Shown here piece by piece: positions 33,273-42,618 of a stretch of DNA of 64,000 nucleotides. How positions within the stretch are numbered: the stretch's first letter is position 1; each line of letters opens with the position of its first letter. The stretch comes from an uncultured delta proteobacterium (GTDB lineage Bacteria; Desulfobacterota; Binatia; UBA9968): assembly GCA_963727625.1 (NCBI GenBank), contig CAVSHR010000009.1, positions 64,001-128,000 on the forward strand. The letters run 5' to 3'. Made by a program: the position numbers and the translations under genes. The notes below the pieces were generated by a model. That model had not been told where the DNA came from. It saw nothing but the letters and a program-made list of their open reading frames with translations, and did no database searches.

Positions 33273-34627
33273 CTTTCCGTCACGGCGAGGATGGAGTCGT
33301 AGACGACGCCGAGCAGCGCCGTCAGTTCGTCGTCGGTAATCGACAGCGGCGGCATCAAGATGATGATATCGCCAAGCGGCCGCACCATGACGCTGCGTTT
33401 GCGCGCTTCAAGAATGACTTTGTGGCCGACGCGCCGCTCCGGCGCGTAACTCCGGCGCGCAACTTTGTCTTCGACCAGCTCGATGCCGACCATATAGCCC
33501 CACTGGCGCGCGTCGCTCACCTGCGGCAGGGCGAGAAAATCGTTGTGCAGCCGGCTCTGTAATAAAGCGATGCGCGGCTGCATCTTTCCCAGCACGTCGT
33601 CGCGCTCGAACAGTTCCAGGTTGGCGATCGCGGCGGCGCAGCCGAGCGGATTGCCCGTGTAGGTATGGCCGTGGAAAAAGGTTTTGAATTCCTTGTACTC
33701 GCCCAGGAAGGCGGTAAAGATCTCTTCCGTGGTCAGGGTCGCGGCCAGCGGCAAATAACCGCCGGTGATCCCCTTCGCCAGGCAGAGAATATCCGGCGAC
33801 ACGCCGGCATGCTCGCAGGCAAACATCTTACCGGTGCGGCCAAAGCCGGTGGCGACTTCATCGAGGATAAATAGAATGCCGTGGCGCCGGCAAACCTCGC
33901 TCAACGCCTGCACATAGCCGACCGGCTGGGACCACATGCCGGCTGCGCCTTGCATCAGCGGCTCCATCACCAGCGCCGCCAGCGTGTGCCGGTTTTCCGC
34001 AAGCTTTTCCTCTGCCTCTTTGATCGCCTCGGCGAGGGCGTCCTCATCGCTCTTTCCCTGGTAATAACGGAAAACATGCGGCGGCGTCAGGCGCAGCACC
34101 GGGAACAACAGGCTTTTGTAAAAGCGATGAAAGGTTTCCGAATAACCCATGCTCATCGAGCCCACCGTGTCGCCGTGGTAGGACTCCGCCAAGGAGGCGA
34201 TCTGCGTGCGCTTGGCTTCGCCTTTGAGCTGCCAGTACTGCACCGCCATCTTCATGGCGATCTCGACGGCGGTGGCGCCGCTATCGGAGTAAAATACCCG
34301 CTTCAGTCCTTGGGGAGCGATCTCGATCAGTTTTTCCGCGAGCTGGATGCCAGGCACATGGCTGAGTCCGAGGAAAGTCGAATGGGCGATGCGTTCGAGC
34401 TGGGCGCGGACGGCGTCATCGATCTCCTGCTTGCAATGGCCATGGACATTGCACCAGAGCGAGGAAACTCCGTCCAAGTACTTTCGTCCCTGCACATCGA
34501 TCAAAAAATGGCCGTCGCCGCGGCTGATGATGCACGGCTCCTCGTCCATCCACTCCTGCATCTGGGTGAACGGGTGCCAGAGAAAACTATGGTCGAGCTG
34601 TTTTAACTTTTCGTGAAAGGTCGTCAT
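33269..34627 (-). CDS. bioA: DAPA aminotransferase
   Basis: WHPFTQM, SSLWCNVHGH, YHGDT, DEVATGFGRTG, LAKGITGGYLP. Confidence 0.97.
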   Translation of the reverse strand: MTTFHEKLKQLDHSFLWHPFTQMQEWMDEEPCIISRGDGHFLIDVQGRKYLDGVSSLWCNVHGHCKQEIDDAVRAQLERIAHSTFLGLSHVPGIQLAEKLIEIAPQGLKRVFYSDSGATAVEIAMKMAVQYWQLKGEAKRTQIASLAESYHGDTVGSMSMGYSETFHRFYKSLLFPVLRLTPPHVFRYYQGKSDEDALAEAIKEAEEKLAENRHTLAALVMEPLMQGAAGMWSQPVGYVQALSEVCRRHGILFILDEVATGFGRTGKMFACEHAGVSPDILCLAKGITGGYLPLAATLTTEEIFTAFLGEYKEFKTFFHGHTYTGNPLGCAAAIANLELFERDDVLGKMQPRIALLQSRLHNDFLALPQVSDARQWGYMVGIELVEDKVARRSYAPERRVGHKVILEARKRSVMVRPLGDIIILMPPLSITDDELTALLGVVYDSILAVTES

Positions 34628-35787
34628 GCCGTCTCTCTTATTTCCTTGAACGCATCGAGTGCTTTTTCAATCTGCTCCGGGGTATGCGTCGCCATCAGCG
34701 TAATGCGCAAACGCGACGTGCCGAGCGGCACCGTCGGCGGACGAATACCCTGGGCGAAGATGCCCTTTTGCAAAAGCAGTTCGGAGAATCGCATGGTTTT
34801 CTCGGCGTCGCCGATGATCAGCGGCACGATCGGACTGTCGCCCGCGGCGAGCGAAAAACCCAAACTTCGCAACCCCTCTTTGAGCCTGCGACAGTTGCTG
34901 AATAATTGTTCCCGCCGCTCGGGCTCGCGCCGCACCAAGTCGATCGCCGCCAGCGCCATCGCCATCACCGCCGGCGGCAGCGCGGTTGTATAGATAAAAC
35001 TGCGGCAGCGATTAATCAAAAGCTCGCGCAACGCCCGGCTGCCGGCCACGTAGGCGCCGAAGCCGCCAAGCGCCTTGCCCAGAGTGCCCATCTGGACCAG
35101 CACGCGCTCGCCCAATCCCAACTGCGCCACGACTCCGGCGCCATTGGCGGCGAAAATACCCGTTGCGTGGGCTCCATCGACCATCACCATCGCGCCGTAA
35201 TTCTCGGACAACTCGACGATTTCTTTTAGCGGCGCCTGATCGCCGTCCATGCTGAAGATCGACTCGGTAACGATCAATTTCCGCCGTGCATGCGCCGCTT
35301 GCTCGAGTCCGGCTTCGAGCTTATCGAGGTCGCAATGATCATAAACCAGCGTCTTGGCTCGCGCCAGGCGACAGCCGTCGATGATGCTCGCGTGATTGAA
35401 CGCGTCGCTAAAGATTACGTCACCTTCGCCGGTGAGTGTCGAGAGAATACCGATGTTGGCCTGAAAGCCGGAGTTGAACACCAGCGCCGCTTCGGTGCCT
35501 TTGAATGCCGCCAGGCGATTCTCCAGTTGCTCGTGCAGGGTCATGTTGCCGGAGATCAACCGCGACGCGCCCGAGCCGCAGCCGTAGCGGTCGATGGCTT
35601 CCTTGGCGGCCGCGGCCAAGGCGGGATGATTGGCGATGCCGAGATAATTGTTCGAGGAAAAATTGATCACCTCGCGCCCGTCGAGCCAAAGCGTCGGCCC
35701 TTGAGCGTTTTCCACCCGGCGCAAACGGCGATACAGACCGGCAGCTTTGATCTGCTCCAACTCACTCTCGAACCAACCTGGCGACAT
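34624..35787 (-). CDS. bioF: 8-amino-7-oxononanoate synthase
   Basis: SSNNYLG, NHASIIDG, FSMDGD, GTLGKALG, IRPPTVP. Confidence 0.96.
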   Translation of the reverse strand: MSPGWFESELEQIKAAGLYRRLRRVENAQGPTLWLDGREVINFSSNNYLGIANHPALAAAAKEAIDRYGCGSGASRLISGNMTLHEQLENRLAAFKGTEAALVFNSGFQANIGILSTLTGEGDVIFSDAFNHASIIDGCRLARAKTLVYDHCDLDKLEAGLEQAAHARRKLIVTESIFSMDGDQAPLKEIVELSENYGAMVMVDGAHATGIFAANGAGVVAQLGLGERVLVQMGTLGKALGGFGAYVAGSRALRELLINRCRSFIYTTALPPAVMAMALAAIDLVRREPERREQLFSNCRRLKEGLRSLGFSLAAGDSPIVPLIIGDAEKTMRFSELLLQKGIFAQGIRPPTVPLGTSRLRITLMATHTPEQIEKALDAFKEIRETA

Positions 35788-35876
35788 CGCTCAAGGATTA
35801 TTGCATCAACGGTTCAATTATCAACCGGGGCGGAACCGCTACAGCGGCGCACCGTTTCCTGTTATAAGAAACAAAC

Positions 35877-37247
35877 ATGGCCAAGGCTAAAACCATCTTT
35901 GCTTGCCAGTCTTGCGGCTTTCAATCGCCCAAGTGGCTCGGCAAATGCCCCGACTGTAATCAATGGAACACCTTCGCCGAGGAACGATTGGAAAGAGCCG
36001 CGACGCCGCGCGGCGAATTGAGCTTGGGCACCAAGGAGGATCCGGCGCCGATCCACGCGATCGACATGGCCGAAGAAGGGCGCGTGCTCTCGGGCATCGG
36101 CGAGTTCGATCGCGTGCTCGGTGGCGGCCTGGTGCCCGGCTCGGTGATCCTGATCGGCGGCGATCCCGGCATCGGCAAGTCGACGTTGCTGCTCCAAGCC
36201 TTCGCCGCCGTCAGTCAACAGGGGCTGACCTGCCTCTATGTCTCCGGCGAAGAATCGCCGCGTCAAATCAAAATGCGCGCGGAACGGCTCGGCATCGACG
36301 CGCCCAATCTCCTGGTGCTGAGCGAAACTTCGCTGGAAAGAATTCTCGACCACCTCAAGAAGATCAAACCCGGCCTGCTGGTCATCGACTCGGTGCAAAC
36401 GATTTTTTCCACGGCGATCCCTTCGGCGCCCGGCAGCATTGCCCAGGTCAGAGAAGCCTCCGGCTCGATCATCGTGCTGGCAAAAAAAACCGGGCTCACG
36501 ACCTTTTTGATCGGCCACGTCACTAAAGACGGCGCCATCGCCGGGCCGCGCCTGCTCGAGCACATGGTCGACACGGTGCTCTATTTCGAAGGCGACCGCG
36601 GCCACAGCTTTCGGATTCTCCGCGCGGTTAAAAACCGCTTCGGCTCGACCAACGAGATCGGTGTGTTCGAAATGAAGGAAGCGGGACTCAAAGAAGTCAG
36701 CAACCCGTCGGAAATTTTTCTGATGGAGCGGCCCCTGGCGGTGCCCGGTTCGGCGGTGGTCTGCAGCATGGAAGGGACCCGGCCGATTTTGGTCGAGTTG
36801 CAAGCCCTGGTCAGCCGTTCTTTTTTAGCCGTGCCGCGGCGCACGACCATCGGCGTCGATCACAACCGCGTCGCCTTGCTCGTTGCCGTTTTAGAGAAGA
36901 AGATGGGCGCCAAGCTCTTCGATCAGGATATTTTCGTCAACGTCGCCGGCGGCGTCCACGTCGACGAGCCGGCGGTCGACCTCGGCATCGTCACAGCGAT
37001 CGCGTCGAGCAGCCGGGAAAACGTGCTCGACGCCAAGACAGTCTTTTTCGGCGAAGTCGGCCTCGCCGGCGAAATTCGCGGCATATCCCAGGCCGAGGCG
37101 CGCGTCAAAGAAGCCGGTAAACTCGGCTTCGAACGCTGCATCTTGCCGTCGAGCAACATTCCGCAATTGAAGCATGTCAAGCATCCCAGCCTCGCCGGCG
37201 TCAGCTCGCTCAGCGAATGCTGGAAGCTGCTGTTCAAAAAGGACTGA
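35877..37247 (+). CDS. radA: DNA repair protein RadA/Sms
   Basis: C4 zinc finger, GDPGIGKST, KNRFG motif. Confidence 0.98.
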   Translation: MAKAKTIFACQSCGFQSPKWLGKCPDCNQWNTFAEERLERAATPRGELSLGTKEDPAPIHAIDMAEEGRVLSGIGEFDRVLGGGLVPGSVILIGGDPGIGKSTLLLQAFAAVSQQGLTCLYVSGEESPRQIKMRAERLGIDAPNLLVLSETSLERILDHLKKIKPGLLVIDSVQTIFSTAIPSAPGSIAQVREASGSIIVLAKKTGLTTFLIGHVTKDGAIAGPRLLEHMVDTVLYFEGDRGHSFRILRAVKNRFGSTNEIGVFEMKEAGLKEVSNPSEIFLMERPLAVPGSAVVCSMEGTRPILVELQALVSRSFLAVPRRTTIGVDHNRVALLVAVLEKKMGAKLFDQDIFVNVAGGVHVDEPAVDLGIVTAIASSSRENVLDAKTVFFGEVGLAGEIRGISQAEARVKEAGKLGFERCILPSSNIPQLKHVKHPSLAGVSSLSECWKLLFKKD

Positions 37248-37328
37248 GTTGCTCAGGACTGAGGGCTGAGTTTGGCAAAAGCTGCTCAAACCTCGGTTGT
37301 CAGCACGTAGTCCTCGTTACTCAGTCCT
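37240..37328. repeat. Inverted repeat built from GGACTGA/GGGCTGA heptamer units
   Basis: AGGACTGAGT (37240-49) and ACTCAGTCCT (37319-28) are perfect complements. Confidence 0.7.
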
Positions 37329-37384
37329 GACCGACCTTGCTCTTGAAACCTGCGCCGTGGTTGGTTATCAATTAAAACTCTCGT

Positions 37385-37470
37385 GCCGGAGTGGTGGAAT
37401 GGCAGACGCGCCGGACTCAAAATCCGGTAGGGGAAACCCTGTGCGGGTTCAAGTCCCGCCTCCGGCACCA
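37385..37470 (+). tRNA. tRNA-Leu(CAA)
   Basis: GCCGGAG/CTCCGGC acceptor stem, CCGGA-CTCAAAA-TCCGG anticodon arm, long variable arm, GGTTCAAGTCC, encoded CCA. Confidence 0.97.
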
Positions 37471-37734
37471 CTTCCCTCTGATCTTACCCGACCTTTCTTT
37501 TTTGATAGGTGTTCGCTGAGTCAGCCGGCGGCGTGCCGTTCGACCATGAGACAATTGATGCACCCTTTACCTGAAGTGGAGGCGTCTCCGAGTACAAGAA
37601 AGGAACGTAATCCCTCGAATGCTCACGCTCAGCCCACCACGCACCAAGCGAATCCAGCCCTCGCGACGAATTGACAATGACCAAGATAATGCACAACTCA
37701 GGCCTGACCCCTCTGCGACACACTAAAGCAGGAG

Positions 37735-37946
37735 TGCTACGGTGAACCCCGCGTTTGATCTGTTGTTCGGTGAGCATAGCAAACCAACGCTCGACCAGAT
37801 TGAGCCAGGAGCCGCTAGTGGGAGTGAAGTGCAGATGAAAACGCGGACGCTTGGCCAGCCAGCGGTGAATCAGCGCCATTTTGTGAGTTCCATAGTTGTC
37901 GAGAATCAGATGGACTTCAAGATGAGTAGGGACCTGAGTATCAATG
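37735..37946 (-). pseudogene. IS630-family transposase C-terminal fragment
   Basis: VHLILDNYGTHK...RFHLHFTPTSGSWLNLVERWF. Confidence 0.88.
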
Positions 37947-38082
37947 GCTAGGGTTTATTGTTTCCAAAATGTTTCCACCCTAACTGAACTAAACCATAGG
38001 GACGGCCTTCCCCCCTGCTCATTTGCCCTGTTTTTGTTGCTTTTTTTCTGGTTGAGCTGAGTCCGGAAGTCGGCTAGTGTTT

Positions 38083-38127
38083 TTCGTAATCAGTAGGTCG
38101 CCGGTTCGACTCCGGCGGGTGGCTCCA
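38083..38127 (+). repeat. 3' half of tRNA-Thr(CGT), an att-type fragment rather than a full tRNA
   Basis: TTCGTAATCAG-TAGGTC-GCCGG-TTCGACT-CCGGC-GGGTGGC-T-CCA; no matching 5' half upstream. Confidence 0.8.
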
Positions 38128-38380
38128 GTCTTTTCCACTTTCAATTTCGACGGTTAGCACGTTCACTAAAATCCGATCAGAAGGCTCCAGCGGGTCATTG
38201 TAACGGTTTTGTAACGCTGGTGCCTGCTCGGGAGGCGAAAATCGACACCTGCTGGGTCAAAAGGCACATCGGTCATTGATAATTGGATTTAACGGTTGTA
38301 ATTCCCCTGACCGTGCGTGTATAAAATTGACCGCGCCAAGGCTCGACGAAGGTTACAAAAGGGTCGTGTTTAAATTTTCG

Positions 38381-38647
38381 ATGCCGCTATTCATTATTGA
38401 GATTTGGAGCGGATTTAGGCCGTTTCTTATTAAGATCACCATTGATTTTCTCGTAACTGCGAGTTTTTGGATAGGGCTATACCTTTTTAAAATCATGGCA
38501 CATAATATGCCTATACCTGAGCTGGCTGGAAAATTAGTCGTTTACATTCATGCGACGGGAACTGTAGCTGCTGTAGCAATCTTTATGTGGTATTCGATAA
38601 CAGATATAATAGAAATCAAAACAACCAAAATATTATGCCTCGCTTAG
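38381..38647 (+). CDS. Small hypothetical two-TM protein
   Basis: AT-rich ORF with two hydrophobic segments; stop overlaps the next ORF. Confidence 0.55.
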   Translation: MPLFIIEIWSGFRPFLIKITIDFLVTASFWIGLYLFKIMAHNMPIPELAGKLVVYIHATGTVAAVAIFMWYSITDIIEIKTTKILCLA

Positions 38648-39270
38648 TAAGTTTTACAAAATTTTCAAGAGAATTGTCGAACAGTGTGGCACTGAAAGCT
38701 GGCTTGACTGGCTTTACAATTATCTCTGTGTGCGTTCCAGCGGCAATTTTACTGACCTTCGGTTTTCAGGAGCGTTACGTACTAACTGGAGTTTTAGCGG
38801 CAATTATCCCTTCTCAATATCTAGCGTTCTGTTTTTTAGAGAGTCTTGGCTACTCCACAACACACACTGTTAAGAAGGTCGAAATTCCTGCACCTCTACA
38901 TGAGAGTCCATTATTGCATGCCAATTGGAAACCCTTAACCGGTCAACTGAATAATTGGACATTCGATTTAGTTATTCAGGTTCAGTTGAGGCAACTAAAG
39001 CAGAAGGAAACCGACCAACTGAGAGAAATATTGATGCAAAAGTGGAAAAAGGACGTGCTTAACCTGACTCCGATATTGCAGAAGCCGTTGTTGGAAATTG
39101 TAGACGATTTCACGAGACCTGAAGAGAAATCAATCCAAACCGTAGAATTTAATGACGTCACTAAAATGTCTGCCGGACTGTCTGTAAGTGAGCTCAACCC
39201 ATTTACATCGTTGGATCCAGTAATTCGACTTCAACGAGCACCGTTTGAGCCGGACAATTCGTTTTCGTAA
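38635..39270 (+). CDS. Hypothetical protein with two N-terminal TMs and a soluble C-terminal domain
   Basis: 211-aa open frame in AT-rich DNA. Confidence 0.65.
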   Translation: MPRLVSFTKFSRELSNSVALKAGLTGFTIISVCVPAAILLTFGFQERYVLTGVLAAIIPSQYLAFCFLESLGYSTTHTVKKVEIPAPLHESPLLHANWKPLTGQLNNWTFDLVIQVQLRQLKQKETDQLREILMQKWKKDVLNLTPILQKPLLEIVDDFTRPEEKSIQTVEFNDVTKMSAGLSVSELNPFTSLDPVIRLQRAPFEPDNSFS

Positions 39271-39316
39271 TTTTTTCCGAATTAGAAAAACGGAGCTTAA
39301 CAGGTAGGCTAAACCG

Positions 39317-40018
39317 ATGGTCAATTTCGGAAAAAATACTTATCAGTACGAAATCGTTTACAAATTCGATTGTCTATCGATAGAATTCGTAAACGAACTT
39401 GCAAGGCATTTTGTTGGACCAAAAAAACGCTTCTCGATGATCTCAAAAGATGCGGGCAACAATCATACGATAATGTCTACAGGAGCCGGAACGGAAGTAT
39501 CTCCCTTGTTTCAACTCAGAATAGGGGCAGATAGACTAATTTTTTGGGGCGGCTGGTTTGTTTCGCTTGATCAATGGCATCAACACGTCAACCAATTTCT
39601 TCCGGAAATATCGCAGTTTGTTCGGAACATTCCAGTTGAATTTATAGGAAACTTGACCAGCCAATGTAATTTCGCAGTACCTTCGTCGCGACTTAGACGT
39701 GCGACAACCGTTCCTGAATTGGAGCCGGTTGTCAATTTCTACCAAAAGTTTGTTCCAAAAGAACTTCTAAAGCGGGGTAATTTAGTTATGGCTTTTGCCG
39801 ATGAGCAAGGTCGAGAAGTCTTGAGTTGGGGGGTTGGAGGCGGGGTGCCAGTTGCAGGCCATGAAAACATTGGGTTTACTTTCCGATGGAACACCTTTGA
39901 AGACCAATTAGATCTGAAGAGTGCTTTATTGTCGCATTTTTCGAGGTATGAACGGTTTCTGGAAGATTTCCAAAGAGGTTTTTTATCCCTGATTGTTGAC
40001 GAACATGTTCATAATTAA
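39317..40018 (+). CDS. Hypothetical protein, possibly TIGR04255-like
   Basis: 233-aa ORF; FQLRIGADRLIF...W...F...I pattern recalls TIGR04255 proteins (by eye only). Confidence 0.65.
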   Translation: MVNFGKNTYQYEIVYKFDCLSIEFVNELARHFVGPKKRFSMISKDAGNNHTIMSTGAGTEVSPLFQLRIGADRLIFWGGWFVSLDQWHQHVNQFLPEISQFVRNIPVEFIGNLTSQCNFAVPSSRLRRATTVPELEPVVNFYQKFVPKELLKRGNLVMAFADEQGREVLSWGVGGGVPVAGHENIGFTFRWNTFEDQLDLKSALLSHFSRYERFLEDFQRGFLSLIVDEHVHN

Positions 40019-40097
40019 TCTCATACACCCACCGTTGAAACCGTTTTTGATTTAAACTGAAGGCCTTTTCTTAACAGCACTAGGCAACAAACCCTCC

Positions 40098-40232
40098 TCA
40101 CCGCCCCATCGGTATCACCTTAGCCTTCTGTGTCTCGAGATACAGTTGCATTTTCTCACTGGCAGCCTTCAGATCGTCTTCACTGACAATGTGATACCGA
40201 TCAAAGACCGACCTTGTCCGATGCCCACTGAG
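40098..40232 (-). pseudogene. Tyrosine integrase C-terminal remnant
   Basis: LSGHRTRSVFDRYHIVSEDDL carries the box II His and catalytic Tyr; truncated at the RAYT element boundary. Confidence 0.8.
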
Positions 40233-40941
40233 AGAGCAGAAAAGGAGAGCAGAAAAGGGGATAAGTCCAATTTTCTCTACCGCTCCTTGCGAGGTCGGCC
40301 CCGCAAGCGCAATGTGGACTTCAATCCTAAACGTTCCGCGATCCATGGTTGCCAACGTTCGTTCCCGAACGGACGACCTCTCTGAGCCGATAACCTGAGC
40401 GTTTCCAATTCTTGATCTTCGGCTGTCTCGTTTACCAAAGTGAGCCAGTCGGCGGGTCTGGGAATCGGCCATTCGGATAACACCAGTCCGGTTGTCTCCG
40501 CAGTTTTAGTAGCCCGCAAACCGAGACTCGACCATCGCCAATCTTCTGCTCGGTCTACTAATTTGGCTCTCAGTGGATTTTGCTCCACGTATCGGCAGAC
40601 CGAAAGAAAATGGTTGTCGTCCTGGACTGGGAAACTCTTATAGGTGCCTTGATAAAGGTGCCCGTTGCCGACACTATGCCGGTTTAAGTGCCAGCGTCGC
40701 ACATGGGTTGTGGTTAGCCGTTGGACAAACCTTCCTAATTCTCCATCTCGCATCGGCCACAGAACCAAGTGCCAGTGATTCGGCATAATGCAATAGGCCA
40801 AAATTCTAACCGATGTTGTTCTTGCTGTCTCAACGAGAATCCGCTCAAAAGCGTTGTAGTCCTGATTCTTTTCAAAGATCTGTGATCGTGCGTTGCCTCG
40901 ATTGAGTACGTGGAAGATGACATCGCCCGGGGCAACCCTAG

Positions 40942-42426
40942 CAGCCCGTGGTAGAAGTCCGATTTTTACAAAACGCATGGGATCGCGGCGAAGCGGTGAC
41001 TTGGGAGCGCAAATAGTCTCAGGTCGAGTCCTCGGCGCCGATGAGCGGTTAGTTGGTCGCGCAGTAGCACCCACAGAGTAAAACAGATAGCCAGTACGGC
41101 GGCAAAACGGCCCTGTAGACCGCGTGGCGTTCCAATTCCCGTCAACGTGCGCATCCACAGGCCCAGATTGCAGGCCGCTACGTGCACGAGTAGCCGTTTG
41201 AGAATATTGCCGTGCCCGCGCAGATGAGTCCGGCGCATGCCGCCGGTCTCGTAGAGATGCGCATTGGGTCGCTCTAACAACTCACCTCGTTGCCGCATCA
41301 ATAGCTGCCCACGCTCGCCTCGAATGCGCCGCCGATTGGCATACACCGCGTCACGCTCAGCCTGCTGACCCTTCCAGTGCTGCCGGCCGCGATCCGGTTC
41401 ACTGATGTAGGTGCGCAGTCCTAGGTTCTGCATATCGAGCACGGTTTGCTTACTGTGATAGCCCTTGTCGGTGACCACTTCCTTGCCTATCTTCACCTTG
41501 TCGTCGATGATCGCAGCCACCGCTTCTAATTGCTCGATTGCCTCAGGCAGCGTCGTCTGGATCGTGGTGGTGTCGCCTTGATCGGCTTCCTGCAGCGTGA
41601 CCGCCACGATGGCACCGGTCTCCAGGTCCACGGCATGCTCGGCTTTGTGCGCTAAATGGGTCCGTCCGTCCTTCATCTTGGCGATCCGTGCGTCGGGGTC
41701 ATGCGGATGTTCCCAGTCCTGGTTAGATCCTTTCTTCTTACGTTTGCGATCCAACTTCGCCAGATCGGCTCGCGTTGGGGTCTCAATGCCGGATTCTTCA
41801 GCCAGCTTGGTCAAAAACTCGTTATAGCTCTCCCCGGTGTCGCGGCGCACGATGCTGCGCAAGGCCGCGTTCGCTTCGAGCGTGGTAGCATCGATCGCCA
41901 GCGTTTTCCCTTTGATGAGTCCGGCGATGCCCAGACACTGAAGTACCCATGTGAACACCGTCCGATGGGTTTCCAAATCGATCAATCGCCGAGTCCGCGA
42001 TATCGTCGAATGATCCGGTGCACACTCGGTCAGCCCCAGCTCAAGGAACGATCGCACTCCCGAGGAGTCCGCCGCGCGCCACGCCATGGCGCGTTCAGAG
42101 TCCAGGCATTCGAAGTAGCCAAGTAATAGAAAACGGAAATATCGTCCAGGCGCCAGACTGGGCCGCCCCATCTTCTCGGCATAGAACGCCCGGCACTGCG
42201 CTTCGACAAACTCGTCGAACCCATGCTTGGCCAATAACCCGTTGAGCTTCTCGTAGAACGGGTGGCTCACAGACTTCGGCAGCTCGCTCACTCCCACCCA
42301 CATCGCTCTCTGCTCTTCGTGTTTTCGTTGTCCCATCGCCATGCAAAAAATTCTACACGATCTATCGTTCCTGTCGACTACTCTCCATCACTCTCCCACT
42401 TCATTCTCGACTTTCACCACGGGCTG
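40942..42426 (-). mobile_element. Complete IS (IS5/IS1182-type, 1485 bp) with CTAG target duplication
   Basis: IRs CAGCCCGTGGTAGAAGTC and CAGCCCGTGGTGAAAGTC (16/18); CTAG at 40938-41 and 42427-30. Confidence 0.92.
40966..42342 (-). CDS. DDE transposase with DUF772-type N-terminus
   Basis: GRPSLAP...SER...PDHSTISR, IDATTLEANA, DPDA, TDKGY. Confidence 0.92.
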   Translation of the reverse strand: MAMGQRKHEEQRAMWVGVSELPKSVSHPFYEKLNGLLAKHGFDEFVEAQCRAFYAEKMGRPSLAPGRYFRFLLLGYFECLDSERAMAWRAADSSGVRSFLELGLTECAPDHSTISRTRRLIDLETHRTVFTWVLQCLGIAGLIKGKTLAIDATTLEANAALRSIVRRDTGESYNEFLTKLAEESGIETPTRADLAKLDRKRKKKGSNQDWEHPHDPDARIAKMKDGRTHLAHKAEHAVDLETGAIVAVTLQEADQGDTTTIQTTLPEAIEQLEAVAAIIDDKVKIGKEVVTDKGYHSKQTVLDMQNLGLRTYISEPDRGRQHWKGQQAERDAVYANRRRIRGERGQLLMRQRGELLERPNAHLYETGGMRRTHLRGHGNILKRLLVHVAACNLGLWMRTLTGIGTPRGLQGRFAAVLAICFTLWVLLRDQLTAHRRRGLDLRLFALPSHRFAAIPCVL

Positions 42427-42618
42427 CTAGCGGTACGAGGCATGCGCCTAGACTAGTCCATGCAGTTACAAAATTGCAATTATTGGACTTATCCCCTTTT
42501 CTCTCCCCGAACTAGATTCACACCGAGCCGCCAGCGTATCGGAAAGGGTGCGCAACTCTCGGCAGAGACTAATGTCGAAACTCTTTTGCGGGAATGTGAG
42601 GAAAGTCCATTAACACCC

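Larger units (their letters stand above)
40277..42443 (-). pseudogene. REP-associated tyrosine transposase (HUH Y1) interrupted by an IS
   Basis: HVLNRGN, YCIMPNHWHL, YVEQNPLRA, WRWSS; removing the IS restores ATG CCT CGT ACC GCT AGG GTT (MPRTARVAPG) from 42443. Confidence 0.9.
40251..42502. mobile_element. RAYT/TnpA(Y1) element bounded by perfect 21-bp inverted repeats
   Basis: AGAAAAGGGGATAAGTCCAAT (40251-71) and ATTGGACTTATCCCCTTTTCT (42482-502). Confidence 0.8.

Noticed and set aside
38060-38127. Possible complete tRNA-Thr
   Set aside because: No 5' acceptor strand, D-arm or 5' anticodon stem; kept only as an att fragment.
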